From the NCBI RefSeq assembly GCF_009914755.1, contig NC_060926.1: DNA of 64,000 nucleotides; one strand, written 5' to 3'. Positions 18,156 through 42,797 of the stretch are shown piece by piece. This DNA is from the human T2T-CHM13v2.0 reference genome, Homo sapiens. The notes below the pieces were generated by a model. The model worked only from the letters and a program-made list of their open reading frames with translations, did no database searches and was not told the origin of the DNA. Made by a program: the position numbers and the translations under genes. The first letter of the stretch is position 1; each line of letters begins with the position of its first letter.

Positions 18156-19811
18156 TTTTTTTTGAGACAGAATCTCGCTCTGTCGGCCAGGCTGGTAACA
18201 AAGACACAGGTACTGGTAATAACTGCCATGGCTTATTGCCTACATTAATGATGAAAGCAAATGCTAAATTTCAGCTAGAGGCTAGAGAAAATAAGCCTGG
18301 AATTTTCTTTTATGTTTATATACTGCTATGAATACCAGGAGTCCTTGGGTTAAGACTGTAGGGCTTTCTAAAGCCTGTGATCACTAGTGGAGAATGTAGC
18401 TTTACAAAGTCTAGTTGGAAATTGGCAACTGGGGGTTAGTACAAGTTACAAGGAAGGGATGGAATTTAAGATGCTAGTGAAAGCTTGGAGGATAAGGGAG
18501 CAGGTGAACTCATAAGGAAGTTTATGAACTGAGAAGGGCTGCAGCAAAGTGGGCTCATGTGCTTGAGGAGCCAGAGGACATGTTGAGGGTGACATAGGTT
18601 CTGAAGTTCGTACAGATACTTATGCAGTATGGATTCTTGGAAAACCTTCTTTAGTCATGTGATAGAAAAATAACAGCTTATGGAAAAAACAGGGTTGAGG
18701 CAGACCTGAAAATACATGAAATTTTAAAAACCGCTTCTAACAGAAGCATAACAGACTGTAATAAAAACTGTGGCCTTCCTGGCATTTGCACCCAAACAAC
18801 AGCATTAGCCAACTCTTTGAAGCCTTAGATCTGTGGCTCTTGTTTTCTCCTTTGAGGTGTAGGTCCTTGAGGGCATTTGCTTCTAATAGAGGCTAGTTTC
18901 ATCAGAATTAAAAATCTGAACCATGGTATGAAATTCAATTCTTTTTTTTTTTTCTTTTTTGAAAACACTGGCAAATGTTTTGTATCCTTGAGCTTTCCCA
19001 CATATCTTAACATAGTGAGTGGAAAGTACAGTGGCTGTTAAGCCAACTACTCTGAGGTCTTCACTGCTAAGGCTTACTCTTAATTGTGTGAGAGCTTAAC
19101 CTTGATCCCTTTAAAACATTAATGGGCTAGAAAAAAAACCATTCATAAACCAGTGCCACCTCTGAATTTTGCTACCACAATTCCCTTATTTACCAATAGT
19201 GCATGAGCTAATTTGGAATAAAGAACTAGGCATTGTAGCACAACAGACATTATGTGGGCAAAGTGTTGTTTATATTCTGTCTAAATAGTGCTTCACATGT
19301 ATGTACTATTTTCTAAATATGTATAGATGCTTTTGTGATTAATAATAAAACATGAATTCTTAAAACAATTTTGCTGACTTCATAGTAGCTTTTCACCGTT
19401 TTTTCAGTAGCTGCTAAAATTTCTGGAGAAGTTTGGGAACTATTGTTTTGGAGTGAAATGCAGTGTGTTAGATATCACTTGCAGAATTCTTCTAAGGGTA
19501 TTTATTGGCGATTAGAAAAAAAATCCTTGTGTTATACCAGTAGTAATACAAAGTAATTGTTCAGCTTCTGTTAAGTGTAAAGGACTATACAAGTATTGTG
19601 TATAGTTATCTCATTTATTATTTTCTGGGTAGCTATTGTTATTATTACTTCGTACAAAAAGGGAAAAGGAGGCTCAAAGTATCATGCTCCAGATAACAGA
19701 GCCAGTAGGTAGCAGAGCTGGGATTGCTACCCAGGTCTCTAGTCCTGCTTTTTCACACTATATACTCATTGCTTCACTTACTCCTTCATACATGATTCCC
19801 CAGCATGTACT

Positions 19812-23124
<3,313 letters not shown>

Positions 23125-23771
23125 CTAACTGCATTTTTCTTAGTATTTGTGGTTTGAGTTAATACTTGCCCTATGTGATGTTGATTTATTATTACTGGAT
23201 CATTAAGTGAGGTTTAAAGAAGCTAAATGCCATTTGCTCTATGCCCTCTGGATTTTAAAAGTGCATGGGTGTGCACGTGTGTAGGTATAAATGTTTCCAT
23301 ATTCTAGTATATTCTGTGTCAGTGATAGAGCAGTCTTAGAGCTGTCTTTTCCATTTACTTGTAGGTTAAGAAGCCAAAAAAAGTTGTGTCATCATCCCGT
23401 TTAGGAAAACTTACATTTTGGCTATTGTTTCCTCTAGTGCTGCTATTAGTGGAATGATTTTAGGTGTTCAACTTTCAGATCAATGGGAGACAGAAATATT
23501 GTTCTGAGACATCTGGAAGCCGAATGTGTTTTATTCCTGCCTGTCTGAGGATGTGGTCTTGCCTTTGATAGGGCAAAGTTATTTGTAAACATTGCTTTAA
23601 ATAAAAACATGTAAAGGTGTTTTTGATGGTTAACAAAAACTATGAGTATAATAGAGCCTAGTCCCTATTACGGACTGGTATTGATCTGGTGTGGGAAGAG
23701 TATTGAGCTTTTCAGTGTCACCTACCTGTATTCCCTTGAAGGGACCCAGAGCCCAGGCAAAGCTCTGCTGA

Positions 23772-24103
<332 letters not shown>

Positions 24104-24303
24104 CTACAGTTAATTTTGCCATTTGTGGTCAGCATTCTTCTTCTAAATTGCTATAATCTTGCCTTCATATTATGTGTCTCAAATTTAAGCAGGTATCAGA
24201 ATGTCCACGGGAACAAATTGCCATGGCTCTAAGCCCAGAATCAGATTCTTCAGATCTGGAGTAGGGCTGGGGAATTTGCATTTCTAACACACAAGTTTGT
24301 TGA

Positions 24304-24676
<373 letters not shown>

Positions 24677-25271
24677 CTTCCTACCAATTTCTATCCTCCC
24701 TGAAATGCTGCACACTTAGGCAGTCACTGGACAATATCTGCCCCAAAATTGGTTTGTATAATTGAGAATATTTAAGAGGTTGTTAAAATTTGAACCACTT
24801 TCTATTCTTCTATTAAGTGTACACATCTATTAAAGATCCCCTTGTAGCTCTTTTTATCTGGGCCATCACATTTCTGCCCAGCAGATGCAGAGGCCCTGTC
24901 CTCTCTTCCACCTCCCCACTACCTCTCCTTCCCTACTTTTGGACTGTAAAAGCTGTCTTTCTGCAGTTAATTGTTTTATTCTTTGTAGGTTCTACTCGTT
25001 GATAATGTTATCTACTGCTATAATAATTACAGACGGCAACAGGATGATCAAATCTTGGATATTTTAAATTTACATTATGCCTTTTTTATTTTATTTTTTT
25101 AAAGTCTCTGCTTGACAGCAAATAAGCCTAACGTTCCCTAACAAATGATGATGTCCCATTAATGATTTGATGACTTCCTGTTTGTAGTTTTTATTTAGAG
25201 TGCTTGTGGGTAGTTTTTCATAACGACATTTAAAAATCAGGATATAAATAATTTTTTAAGTTTTTTTTTTA

Positions 25272-26906
<1,635 letters not shown>

Positions 26907-27190
26907 TGACAATCCTTGATATTTTTCCTTCTTTCTCTCCAGGTAAACAGTGTTAACATCCTGGTATGCTTCCCCCAATTCCATTATACTAACTCTGTAT
27001 TGTGGGTTAAAGATTTTTTACTTTGATCAGCAGTATTTGAAACATACCTGTTATACTAGATGTACTCTGACTGTAAAATAGTGGTCAGTGTTACTTCTTT
27101 AATGATGCTGTGGGATTAAAGGATTTTATTATAAATGCTGGGAAGAGCCTGGATTTGAGGAAGGTAAGCAGTGCAGTTAGGTGGATGTAG

Positions 27191-27551
<361 letters not shown>

Positions 27552-29183
27552 TACGTGCCCATTTCTTAAAGTAGAAAATTTAGTAGTTGATGATGTCAGG
27601 GAAGAAAAGCTTTTTCTCTGCCTTACGTTAAGTAGTTGGGGGCAAATTAAATTAATAAAAGACAGATTAGTGAGAGAAAAGGCTGTAAGAATTTGGACTT
27701 TATATACCATCATAATAGAGGAAGTAAAGGGAGATGAAGGGCACTTAAGGGAAAACAGATGACTTGTAGGAAAGATAAATGAACCCTTAAGAGAATAGAT
27801 GAGAAATATGAAGGTTTTGTGACAATGTCTGTTTAGGTGGTTACTTCTCTTCTTGTTATGAGAGTCAGTCTTCTGGTTGCTGGAAACTGCTAGGAGATTT
27901 ATAACAATTGGGCTCTTTCGAGAGGCTCTTCTTTTAAGCAGATAAGGGAGTTCACAAAAAAGCCTGTTCTCAAATGATTTCAGCACACACACACACACAC
28001 TTACGACACAGTTAAGTACTGTGCCAGTAAGATGTGAGTTGTGCATTTCTTTTTTTTCTCTGAGTAGACTGTTTGAGGTTATTTATATCAGGACTTGTTA
28101 TGCAGGTAACTGAAAACTCAACATAATCTAGGTTATGTAGTTAAAAGTATGGAGAGAAGGTAGGCTTTATTTAGAGTTGCTTGATCCTGTAGATCTCTTC
28201 TACCTTTTGTAATTTTAATTTCAACCAAGGATGGTTCCCTTTTTGGCCCTAGGACCAGTTAGCAGTTGGGGCACCATTCCAAGCAAGAGTCCTGCAGTTT
28301 GTAGTGATGGGACCATTTAAACAGTGATTGTGACCAGGGACATAGAATGGGATGATTGGCCCGAGGTAACCATGGTTGGGTATGGAGTCAGCTTCCCTGT
28401 AGGAAGAGATAGACAAAGTCTGAGCACTCCTGGGAAGGGGGAGGAAGGGAATAACTGTTGTGTAAATCATCAGCAGTGTCTACTAAGATACCATCTGTAA
28501 CCATAGGCTTCTATGTTTTATAATATAAGGCTGTCTTTTAAATAAATCAGATTCCCTGTTAAAGATCTGTTCTAGATTCCCTAGGGGGTTGACCTCATAT
28601 AGTATCTTCTTTTTCTTTGGTTACAAACTTTTAAACTTGTCTGAGGTTATAAGGTGAATTCAACTGTCCACTGTCAATGTAGATATTTTTAATGGATTTA
28701 GGGATTTAAATTACATGATTCAGAACCACTTTGAGGAAGTCTAGGGAATATCAGTTGTTTCTGTATAATTTCTGAAAGCTTCACTGTTTTCTAGGTGTGC
28801 ACTTAATTCATGTGATGAAGGGAACAGTATTTACATGAGTGGTTTGGTTAATTTTTCCCCTCCTAAGCTTAGCTTTGTGTATCGTGCGTGCTTCCAGTGT
28901 TTTTGTGGCTGCTTTACATAAGTCTTTTAGAAGTATTTTCTATTTTTGAAGTAAATGTGGATCAAAACCACCCCAAGACAGGATTGAAAAAAAGACAGTT
29001 TTTCGCAAGAAAGTAAATAATTTTATTTAGCTTGGGACTTTAAATGATATGTCTTAAATGTAAACATTTCTATACTGCATTTTGGCCATCTTTTGATACT
29101 AGTTTTCAGATGCATATTGTTATTTCATTTATTATTGGAAAAGTAGTAACTTTAAACAAATTTTTATTGAAAATGCTGACAGA

Positions 29184-29490
29184 GGCCGAGTGTAGTAGCT
29201 CACACCTGTAATGTCAGCACTTTGGGAGGCCGAGGCGGGCGGATCACGAGCTCAGGAGATCAAGACCATCCTGGCTAACACGGTGAAACCCCGTCTGTAC
29301 TAAAAATACAAAAAAATTAGCCGGGCATGGTGGCAGGTCCCTGTAGTCCCAGCTACTCAGGAGGCTGAGGCAGGAGCATGGCATGAATCTGGGAGGCGGA
29401 GCTTGCAGTGAGCCAAGATCGCGCTACTGCACTCCAGCCTGGGCAACAGAGCAAGACTCCATCTCAAAAAAAAAAAAAAAAAGAAAGAAA
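29184..29490 (+). mobile_element. Sense AluY-like element
   Basis: Alu consensus, flanking gaaaatgctgac repeats. Confidence 0.9.
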
Positions 29491-29715
29491 ATGCTGACCA
29501 AAAAAAATGAAATAGTTTTAAAGAAGCCACAGTTGTGTGATCCTGATACAACTATATCATTATTGTATGAGTATATATGAGTTATAAAAATAGTATATGT
29601 AAATGCTTCATAATTTTTATTATTAGAAATGAAAAAGTATAACAAGGGGGGTATTCATATTCTCTCCACTTAGAATTAACCCTCAACATGTTGACATCTT
29701 TGTTTATAGTAATCC

Positions 29716-30478
29716 TTTTTTGTTTTTTTTGTTTTTTATTATACTTTAAGTTCTAGGGTACATGTGTACAATGTGCAGGTTTGTTACATATGTATACATG
29801 TGACATGTTGGTGTGTTGCACCCATTAACTCGTCATTTACATTAGGTATATCTCCTGATGCTATCCCTCCCCCCTCCCTCCACCCCTCAACAGGTGTGTG
29901 ATGTTCCCCTTCCTGTGTCCAAGTGTCCTCATTGTTCAATTCCCACCTATGACTGAGAACATGCGGTGTTTGGTTTTTTGTCCTTGCGATAGTTTGCTGA
30001 GAATGATAGTTTCCAGCTTCATCCATTTCCCTACAAAGGACATGAACTCATCATTTTTTATGGCTGCATAGTATTCCATGGTGTATATGTGCCACATTTT
30101 CTTAATCTAGTCTGTCATTGTTGGACATTTGGGTTGATTCCAAGTCTTTGATGTTGTGAATAGTGCCGCAATAAACACACGTGTGCGTGAGCCTTTATAG
30201 CAGCATGATTTATAATCCTTTGGGTATATACCCAGTAATGGGATGGCTGGGTCCAATGGTATTTCTACTTCTAGATCCCTGAGGAATCGCCACAGTCTTC
30301 CACAATGGTTGAACTAGTTTACAGTCCCACCAACAGTGTAAAAGTGTTCCTATTTCTCCACATCGTCTCCAGCACCTGTCGTTTCCTGACTTTTTAATGA
30401 TCGCCATTCTAACTGGTGTGAGATGGTATCTCATTGTGGTTTTGATTTGCATTTCTCTGATGGCCAGTGATGATGAGC
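29716..30478 (-). mobile_element. 5'-truncated L1PA element (3' UTR plus ORF2 C-terminus)
   Basis: ttattatactttaagttctagggtacatgtg L1PA 3' end. ORF 30210..30452 ([20 protein letters not shown]...[18 protein letters not shown]). TSD tatagtaatccttttt versus tatagaaatccttttt. Confidence 0.92.
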
Positions 30479-30532
30479 TATAGAAATCCTTTTTAGAAAC
30501 AACAGAGCCTTGTTGTAAAACAGGTAAATGTA

Positions 30533-31806
30533 CGTGAGGACTTCAAAAAGTTTGTGGAAAAATGGAATTAAAAGATAAAATTTAAAAACACATTTTAAAT
30601 TTATTTCCCAACATAAGCTCCTCAAGTTCAAGACACTTTTATAAATGATGATCTCAGCTGTTTAGTTCATCCGTAAAGAACTGAGGGTACTAGAAATTTT
30701 ACCATGTCAATGCAGTCTCTTTACATTACTAACTAAAGAAAAATAGGTGCTCTTTAAAGATCTTTTAAGATTAGGAACAAAAAGAAGTCAGAAGAAGCCA
30801 AATCAAGGTGGATGCTTAACGACTTTCCATAGAAACTTACAAAATTGGCCTTGTTTGATGAGAAGAGCGTGCAGGAACGTTGTCATGGTGGAAAAGGACT
30901 TTGATGATGCTTTCCCTGGCATTTTTCTGCAAAAACTTGGGATAACTTTCTCAAAACACTCTAATAATAAGCAGAGCTTATGTTCTTTATCCCCCCAGAA
31001 CATCAGCAAGCAAAATGCCTGAACATCCCAAAAAACTGTTGCCATGACCTTTGCCCTTGACTGGTCCACTTTTGCTTCGACTGGACCACTTCCATTTTTG
31101 GTAGCCATTGCTTTGATTGTGCTTTGTCTTCAGGATGGCATTGGTAAAGCCATGTTTTGGCTCCTGTTACAGTTCTTTGAAGAAATGCTTCAGGATCTTG
31201 ATCCCTTGTTTAAATTTCTATGGAAAGCTCTGCTCCTGTCTGCAGTTAATCTGGGTGCAACAGTTTTGTCACCCATCAAGTGAAAAGTTTGTTCAGCTTT
31301 AATTTTTCAGTCAGAATTGTGTAAACTGGACCAATTGTTGAGATGCCTGTAGTGTTGGCTATTGTTTCTGCTGTTAGTCATTAGTTCTCTTCAATTAGGG
31401 AATGAACAAAATTAATTTTTCCTGAAAAATTGATGTGGATGGTCTGCCGCTGTGGGCTTCATCTTCGACATGGTCTCATCCCTTGTTAGAACAAGTTATC
31501 CGTTTGTAAACTGCTGATTTCCTAGGAGCATTGACCCCATAAAATTTTCATAAAGCATCAGTTATTTCATTATTCTTCTATGCAGACTTCACTATAAATT
31601 TGCTGTTTGGTCTTACTTCAATTTTAGCAGAACTCATACTGCTCTGACATCTAAACTGATGTCTTAGCCTTCATAGTGTCTCTGACTAGATCCTATTCAG
31701 ACGTGTTATAGCAAATTAGTAAAGTTTATTTTGGTGCCAAAAACTTTTGAATCCACGCATAGTTTTTTCACAACACATTTTCCATGAACTTTTTGAAGAC
31801 CCTTCA
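30533..31806 (-). mobile_element. Near-full-length HSMAR2 mariner DNA transposon with a dead transposase
   Basis: TA at both ends. TIRs gacttcaaaaagtttgtggaaaa and ttttccatgaactttttgaagac. Minus-strand mariner peptides KVMATVFWD, HHDN and LASSDFFLF. About 1.27 kb. Confidence 0.92.
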
Positions 31807-32312
31807 TATATTATAAGAAGAAAGTTAAAAATATCCCCTGCATCTACTACTCAGAAATAACCACTGTTAACATTAAGTCTGTTCTCAACTCTAGGCATTA
31901 TTGAGGGTTTTGAGGACAGGTCTTGAAAATTTCTATGGCTACCTTTTACTGGGTGGAGACTAGCATGTATAGTTGACCGCATAGGTTAATCCCTCCACTC
32001 AAAAAGCCACAATTTTAAAGTGTAGTATTCACTAGCATTTAGTATATTCACAGTGTTGTGAAATGACCACCACCATCTAGTTTGAAAATATTTCATCACA
32101 ACCAAAAGAAAACCTCATATCTATTAGCGGTCTCTCCTGTTTCCCCAGACACCGGCAACCACTAATGTACTTTTTGTCTCTGTGGACTTGTCAGTTCTGG
32201 ACATTTTATATAAATGGAATCATGTGACCTTTTATGATTGACCTCTTTCACTTAGTATAATGTTTTAGAGGCTCATCCACATTGTAGCATGTGTCAGTAC
32301 TTCATTTCCTTG

Positions 32313-32715
32313 TGTATTGGTCCATTCTTGTACTGCTATAAAGAAATAGCTGAGACTGAGTAATTTATAAAGAAAAGAGGTTTAATTGGCTCATGGTTCT
32401 GCAGGCCGTACAGGAAGCATGATGATGGCACCTGCTCAGCTTCTGGGGAGGCCTCAGGAAATTTAAAATCATGGCAGAAGGGGAAGTGCGGCGTCTTACA
32501 TGGTGGAGCAGGAGCAAGAGAGAGAAGGGGGAGGTGCTCCACACTTTTAAACAACTAGATCTCAGGACAAGTCAGTCACTATAATGAGAACAGCACCCAG
32601 GGGAAACCGCCCTCACGATCCAGTCACCTCTCACCAGGCTCCACCTCCAGCACTGGGGATTCCAGTTCCAATTCAACATGATACTTGGGTGGGGGCACAT
32701 ATCCAGACCATATCT
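32313..32715 (-). mobile_element. MSTA-type MaLR solo LTR inserted in an old L1M fragment
   Basis: tgtattggtccattcttgtactgctataaagaaat to atccagaccatatct. 5-bp TSD ccttg/cctcg. L1M-like sequence on both sides (about 32010-32760). Confidence 0.85.
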
Positions 32716-32779
32716 CCTCGTATAGCTGAATAGTATTCCCTTATATGGACATACCACATTTATTATTAATTTATTGATT

Positions 32780-34901
<2,122 letters not shown>

Positions 34902-36569
34902 CAAAGGCCTAACTTTCCTTCCTCATTCTTTTCATCTTGTTTCTTGGTTTCATCATCCCATTTTTTAGTTTCTTTTCAGTCTCCTTTTGTGTAGCCTGAA
35001 GCAATAACTGTGTTTCTGATGCCTAGGTAAGTATACTGTAGGTAGGCTGATACTGTTCAGCTAGTACATAGTAGAAGTCAGATGTCACATTTTTAGAATA
35101 CTCCAGTTCTAGATAAGAATACCTTGTTGGGTGATATATTTTATTATCCTGGATTGTTTGGCGGATGTAATGGATTGCTGAAGACGCCCAGTTTCCTGTG
35201 TGGCCCTTGAGTATTTATTTTAGTAAGTTAGAGGCTAGTTGTTCACTTTTCCCTTGTTTAACTGGGGACTCCTCAGCAGCCCTTTCAAAACAGTATAACC
35301 TCATCTGAGAAAGGAAAATGTAAGGATATTCATTAAGTTTTCTTCTCTCCAGATTTGGGATTATTTTTAGGAATTCTCAAGAGTTTTGTTGACTTACCAA
35401 CTAGGTTTCTTGAAGATGGTGAGTGAGGATAGGAACTTGGCCTGGTTTGGCTCACCTCTCAGATTCATTGGAAGAGGCAAGTTCATTAGCACAGTTTCAG
35501 TCCACCATTACAGCATTTTTTTCCTGAATTATTATAAGTCTTAGTCAATATTTCCAGATAATCATCATTATCTGTTTAAATTACTGCACAGTATTCTATT
35601 TTACTGATGTACCATTGTGCAAATACTATGATGTTTTATTATTTTTAAGTTTTGCTATAACAGATAAGTCTGCAGAGATTTTATTCAGCTCTGTATTGTT
35701 TTGCTTCTGTTGCATTGTTTCCTCAGATTGAATTTCTAGGAGTAGAATTGCTATGTCAAAGAGAATAACAAGTATCTCTGAGCCTTGCCGCATACTGCTT
35801 TTTTCATTTTTAAAGGTTATACCAAGTTAGAGTCTCACTAGAACTGAATGAGTGTACTAATTTTACTGTAGCTAGTTTCTTTTTTTTTAAAAAAAAAAAA
35901 AGCTGTAGAATAATCTCAAGGTTGCTTAAATATTTCTGTCTTTTATTCTTACAGCATTTCCTGTGGATTAGTTCACTACTTATTTTCTTATCTGTGAGTT
36001 GTAAGTGCTTACACATGCCCACTTGATGACCTTGATGTTTTCTTACACATGGAAGCAAGTGCTTTTTGTAAAAGAATATATTAACCTTTATCTTTTTACA
36101 TTTTGTGAAGCTTTTTTTTTAATGTTTCATCTTTTAAAAATTAGGTTTATTCAGAATTTTAAATTTTAATATTATATTGAATTTCTTTTGGTTGGTTTAA
36201 ATTGAGAAAGTTATTTTATGTATATTCTCTTTTTTTGCTAGCTTTCTGTAATTTGATTTTAATTCCTTATTCCTTGCATAGTTTGCTTCTGGTATGTTAA
36301 AGTGTGCTCTCTCTAAGTGGGTAGTAATTAGGAACAATTTATCTCAACCTCATTTATTGAATGTTTTAAATCAAGAGAACGGACTCTGTTATATTAAGCT
36401 TCTATATATAATTGTCTGTTTCACTGTAATGCCTAGTAAGGATACACTTCATTCTTTTTTTAGATGTTCTTTCACAATTTCATGTAAATTTTAGTTGTTT
36501 TGTTTCAAAAAACAATTCCTATTGAACAATCTCTAGGAATAGATAGCTTAATAATAATATTAGATCTAG

Positions 36570-37415
<846 letters not shown>

Positions 37416-38056
37416 TAGTTTTTTAATCAGCTGAATTTAACATTCAAATTCTTCTTTTAAATCTTCCAATAGGCAGTTATCTTTATAAAGATCCTATATA
37501 ATCAAGACTTTGTTTCTGAATATTTTATGTATGTTTTTGCTACTGTAAATGAGATCTATTTCTCATTGTGGTTTCTTGCTGTTATTACTGGTAAGAATTT
37601 AGTGAAACAAAGTACTTAAGAGTATGTCTTTAAATTGTGAGATTTTGATGAACTTTTAAGAAATAAAATTCTTTAGTTTCTTAGAGCTTTTTGAGATTTC
37701 TAAGGTAGATCCTTGGTTTGGGCAACATATAACTATTACAAGTTTTGCACATTGAACGTTATTTGGTAATTTTTAGAGAGGACATTTTAAATGTTTAGGA
37801 AAAATATAAATAAAATGTAGAATACTATTGGGGGCATATACATCATCAGCACTGTAACTGTTTCATATGAATCATTTTTGTACATATAGAACTCTAAAGT
37901 CCTAATGAACAGAATTTTACATTTCTATAAATAGAAAGTCCTTAATAGTTGTGACTGAATAACTTATGGATAGCAAATTATTTAACTGAAAACAGTAAAA
38001 TTTAAGTGGGAGGAAATATTTGCTTTATAATTTCTGTCTTTACCCATTATTTATAG

Positions 38057-38359
<303 letters not shown>

Positions 38360-38978
38360 TGATGTCATTTAAACAAGCCCTATTTTAAATGTCACCTCCA
38401 CTGGTAACAGGATACTCCTAGGAGGATCACCAAGCCCAATTCTTCTAGGAGTAGTGCATTGATTAGGCTTTGGGGTTTCCAAGCAGTTCATTAATGTCAC
38501 TTTTGGAAAAAGTCTGTCTTTCATACCAGCTTATTAATTCCCTATGGGTTCACACGGTTTTTTTTCCTGGATTTTCATCAAACATGTGTAAGGTACTCAG
38601 TACAAAGAAGTTTAGAAATCCAGAACAAAGCAGTGTATTTAAGTAGTAGTAAACTTCCAGATAATCTGATGCCCATATCTACATATATAAAAAATTTGCA
38701 AATAGTTCTGTAGAGAGTCCAAACATGGAGTAGATCCCTAATTAAGAGCCTTTGCATTAAAGTCCACCTTCCTCATTTCATAGCTAAGGATATTGAGGCT
38801 CAGAGAGTTTATGTGTCTGGAGTTAAAGTTATTTTGTGTTTCCTTAATTTTTGACTTACTAGAAAGTTAAAGTACCTACAGATTTCTGTGTTTCACTATA
38901 TGTTAACTTGCTTGGCTGGAAGTTTTTCTGCTGATAATTGGTTTTATGAAGGAAGAATCCTGTTAAGAATGCATCATT

Positions 38979-39585
<607 letters not shown>

Positions 39586-40498
39586 GAGGAATGCATCATA
39601 GTATATATTAAATTATTGCCTATTTTTTTATCTATTTTATTGAGTGCTAATAAGAAAATTAATGGCAAAAACTTGTTTTTTACAGTATAAATTAAGTTTA
39701 ATTTCATTTTAAAATTAAGTAAATTTGTTTTATTAAAAAGTATGTTGAAAGCAACATAAATAGCACTCAAATTGAGACAGAAACTGTAACTGTAGTATAA
39801 GAAGCATTAGGCTGGGAATTGGGAAACACGAGTTCTAGTTGCAGCTTGGAAACTTTTTCTGAAGCTCTTTACAAATTACTTAATTTCTCTGGTTTTCACC
39901 ACATTGTTCTATAGCATTAACATGTTGGATTCATTGCTTTAATTCTTAGACCTACGTGTCATCAGAAATGCCATTACACTTTGAGGATTTGAGCCTTATT
40001 TTAAATAAAGTTGTGATCCTCATGGCAGCCTAGGTTTACATGTGTTAAATAAACAGTATTCTGTAAATACCATTGTCTTTCATGTTTAGTGATGTTGCTG
40101 TTGTTAACACTGCAGTGAAATGCATATATAAGCAAACTACATTACATACTCATGAACATGGTCCTTTGTTTTGAAACTTTGATCACTGATTGTTCGCAGT
40201 CTTTCATTGTGGAACTACTCTTTCACTTTGAATGTTTTGAGAGGTTCCTTTGTTCAGATCAGTCCGATTTCGTTTCTGGGTGGGTCTCTACTTTCCCTTT
40301 TCTCACTGGTCAAGCGAGGTCTGTCTAATTGTTTGCTACTACTAACATTTGATGGCCACGCTTCAGCAAGTACATTTGTAGATTCTCTCTCTCTGTCTCT
40401 CTTAATTTGTGGTCTAGAGATCATATTGGTTAATGAAATTATGAAGAGGGAATGTATTTATAAAAACTCAAATTCTTGATGCAGAAGGTCTAGCTGAT

Positions 40499-41170
40499 TG
40501 TGAACCCAAAATATCCGAGACAGGTCACAACCAATTTAGAAACTTTATTTTGCCAAGGTTAAGGATGCATCCATGACATAGTCTCACAAGGTTCTAATGA
40601 CACATGCGCAAGGTGGTTAGGGTACAGCTTGGTTTTATACATTTTAGGGAGACATGAGACATCAGTCAACATGTGTAAGATGTACATTGATTCTATCCAG
40701 AAAGGCAGGACAACTTGAAGCAAGGGGCTTTCAGGTAATAAGTAGATAAGAGACAAAAGGTTGCATACTTTTGAGTCCTTGATCAGCCTTTCACTGAATA
40801 AACAAGCTTAGTCTTGTTAGTGAATCTGCGTTTTTACATAAACAGTAGGTCAGAGGAAGCAATCAGAAATGCATTTGTGTCAGGTGAGCCGAGGGATGAC
40901 TTTCTGTCCCTCACCTGTGAAGATAAGCTATCAGTTTCCATTGCTAGGGTGAAATTCAACAGAATTGTTTGAGAGTGAACATCTGGAGGCCCACAAGGAC
41001 TTTCCTTGTGGAGGGGAAGTATGTAGTGAGGGAAGTATGTAGTTTTTAAATCTTTGTCGCTATCTTATTTAGAAATAAGATGGAAGGCAGGTTTGTCTGA
41101 CATAGTTCCCAGCTTGACTTTTCCCTCGGCTTAGTGATTTTGCGGTTCCGAGATTTATTTTCCTTTCACA
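40499..41170 (-). mobile_element. MER4A-type ERV1 solo LTR
   Basis: TG...CA ends (tgtgaacccaaaatatccgagacagg to gatttattttcctttcaca) and the MER4-group motif cttggttttatacattttagggagacatgagacatca. Confidence 0.8.
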
Positions 41171-41613
41171 TATCAGTCAGATCATTTGGTTTGTGAAGTT
41201 TCCTATGCTTAACAGAAAATATGTGCACTAGTTTTCCTAGAGTTTCATTGTCAGAGTCTCAAGTTTTTGTTTGGAAATTGTATTTGGTCACATTAATTAT
41301 ACTCTATGTTAGTTCCAAAGAAATACCTTTGGTTAAGAAAAGAATTCTCATGCATAACTCCTCGAGGGTGGGGTTACACCTTAATCCATCCTCAGGTGCT
41401 CATGGTAATTGGGGCAAATATGTTGCCCAGTGCTGGTGCTCTGCAGCCTTGGATGGGTTTACCCAGAAAGCAGCTTTCAAGTCAGAAACTAACATTCATA
41501 AGGGAGTTAAGGATTTTATAAATAGATATCCATAATTCATGTAGTTTTCAAGTAAGTAGTATTTGAATCTTTTCTGGTTAGATAATAATTGTGAGTATGT
41601 TGTCATATAATAA

Positions 41614-41904
<291 letters not shown>

Positions 41905-42041
41905 TAAATGCTCTAACATGATGTGAATGTTCTATGATAAGTTTTACTAATGTAGTCATCAGGTAAGAGTCAAGCTTTCTTCCATAGAGCAGTCAGCTGT
42001 CGCAACACCATTTGTTAAATAGTCCGTCTGTTCTCCATTGA

Positions 42042-42797
<756 letters not shown>

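Noticed and set aside
30747-31302. ORFs over HSMAR2 as a possible domesticated (SETMAR-like) transposase
   Set aside because: Early stop, frameshifts, and loss of the first catalytic Asp and the YSPD motif.
40991-41011. Inverted repeat CCACAAGGA-ctt-TCCTTGTGG
   Set aside because: Lies inside the MER4A-type LTR and, as I recall, belongs to the family consensus, so it is not locus-specific.
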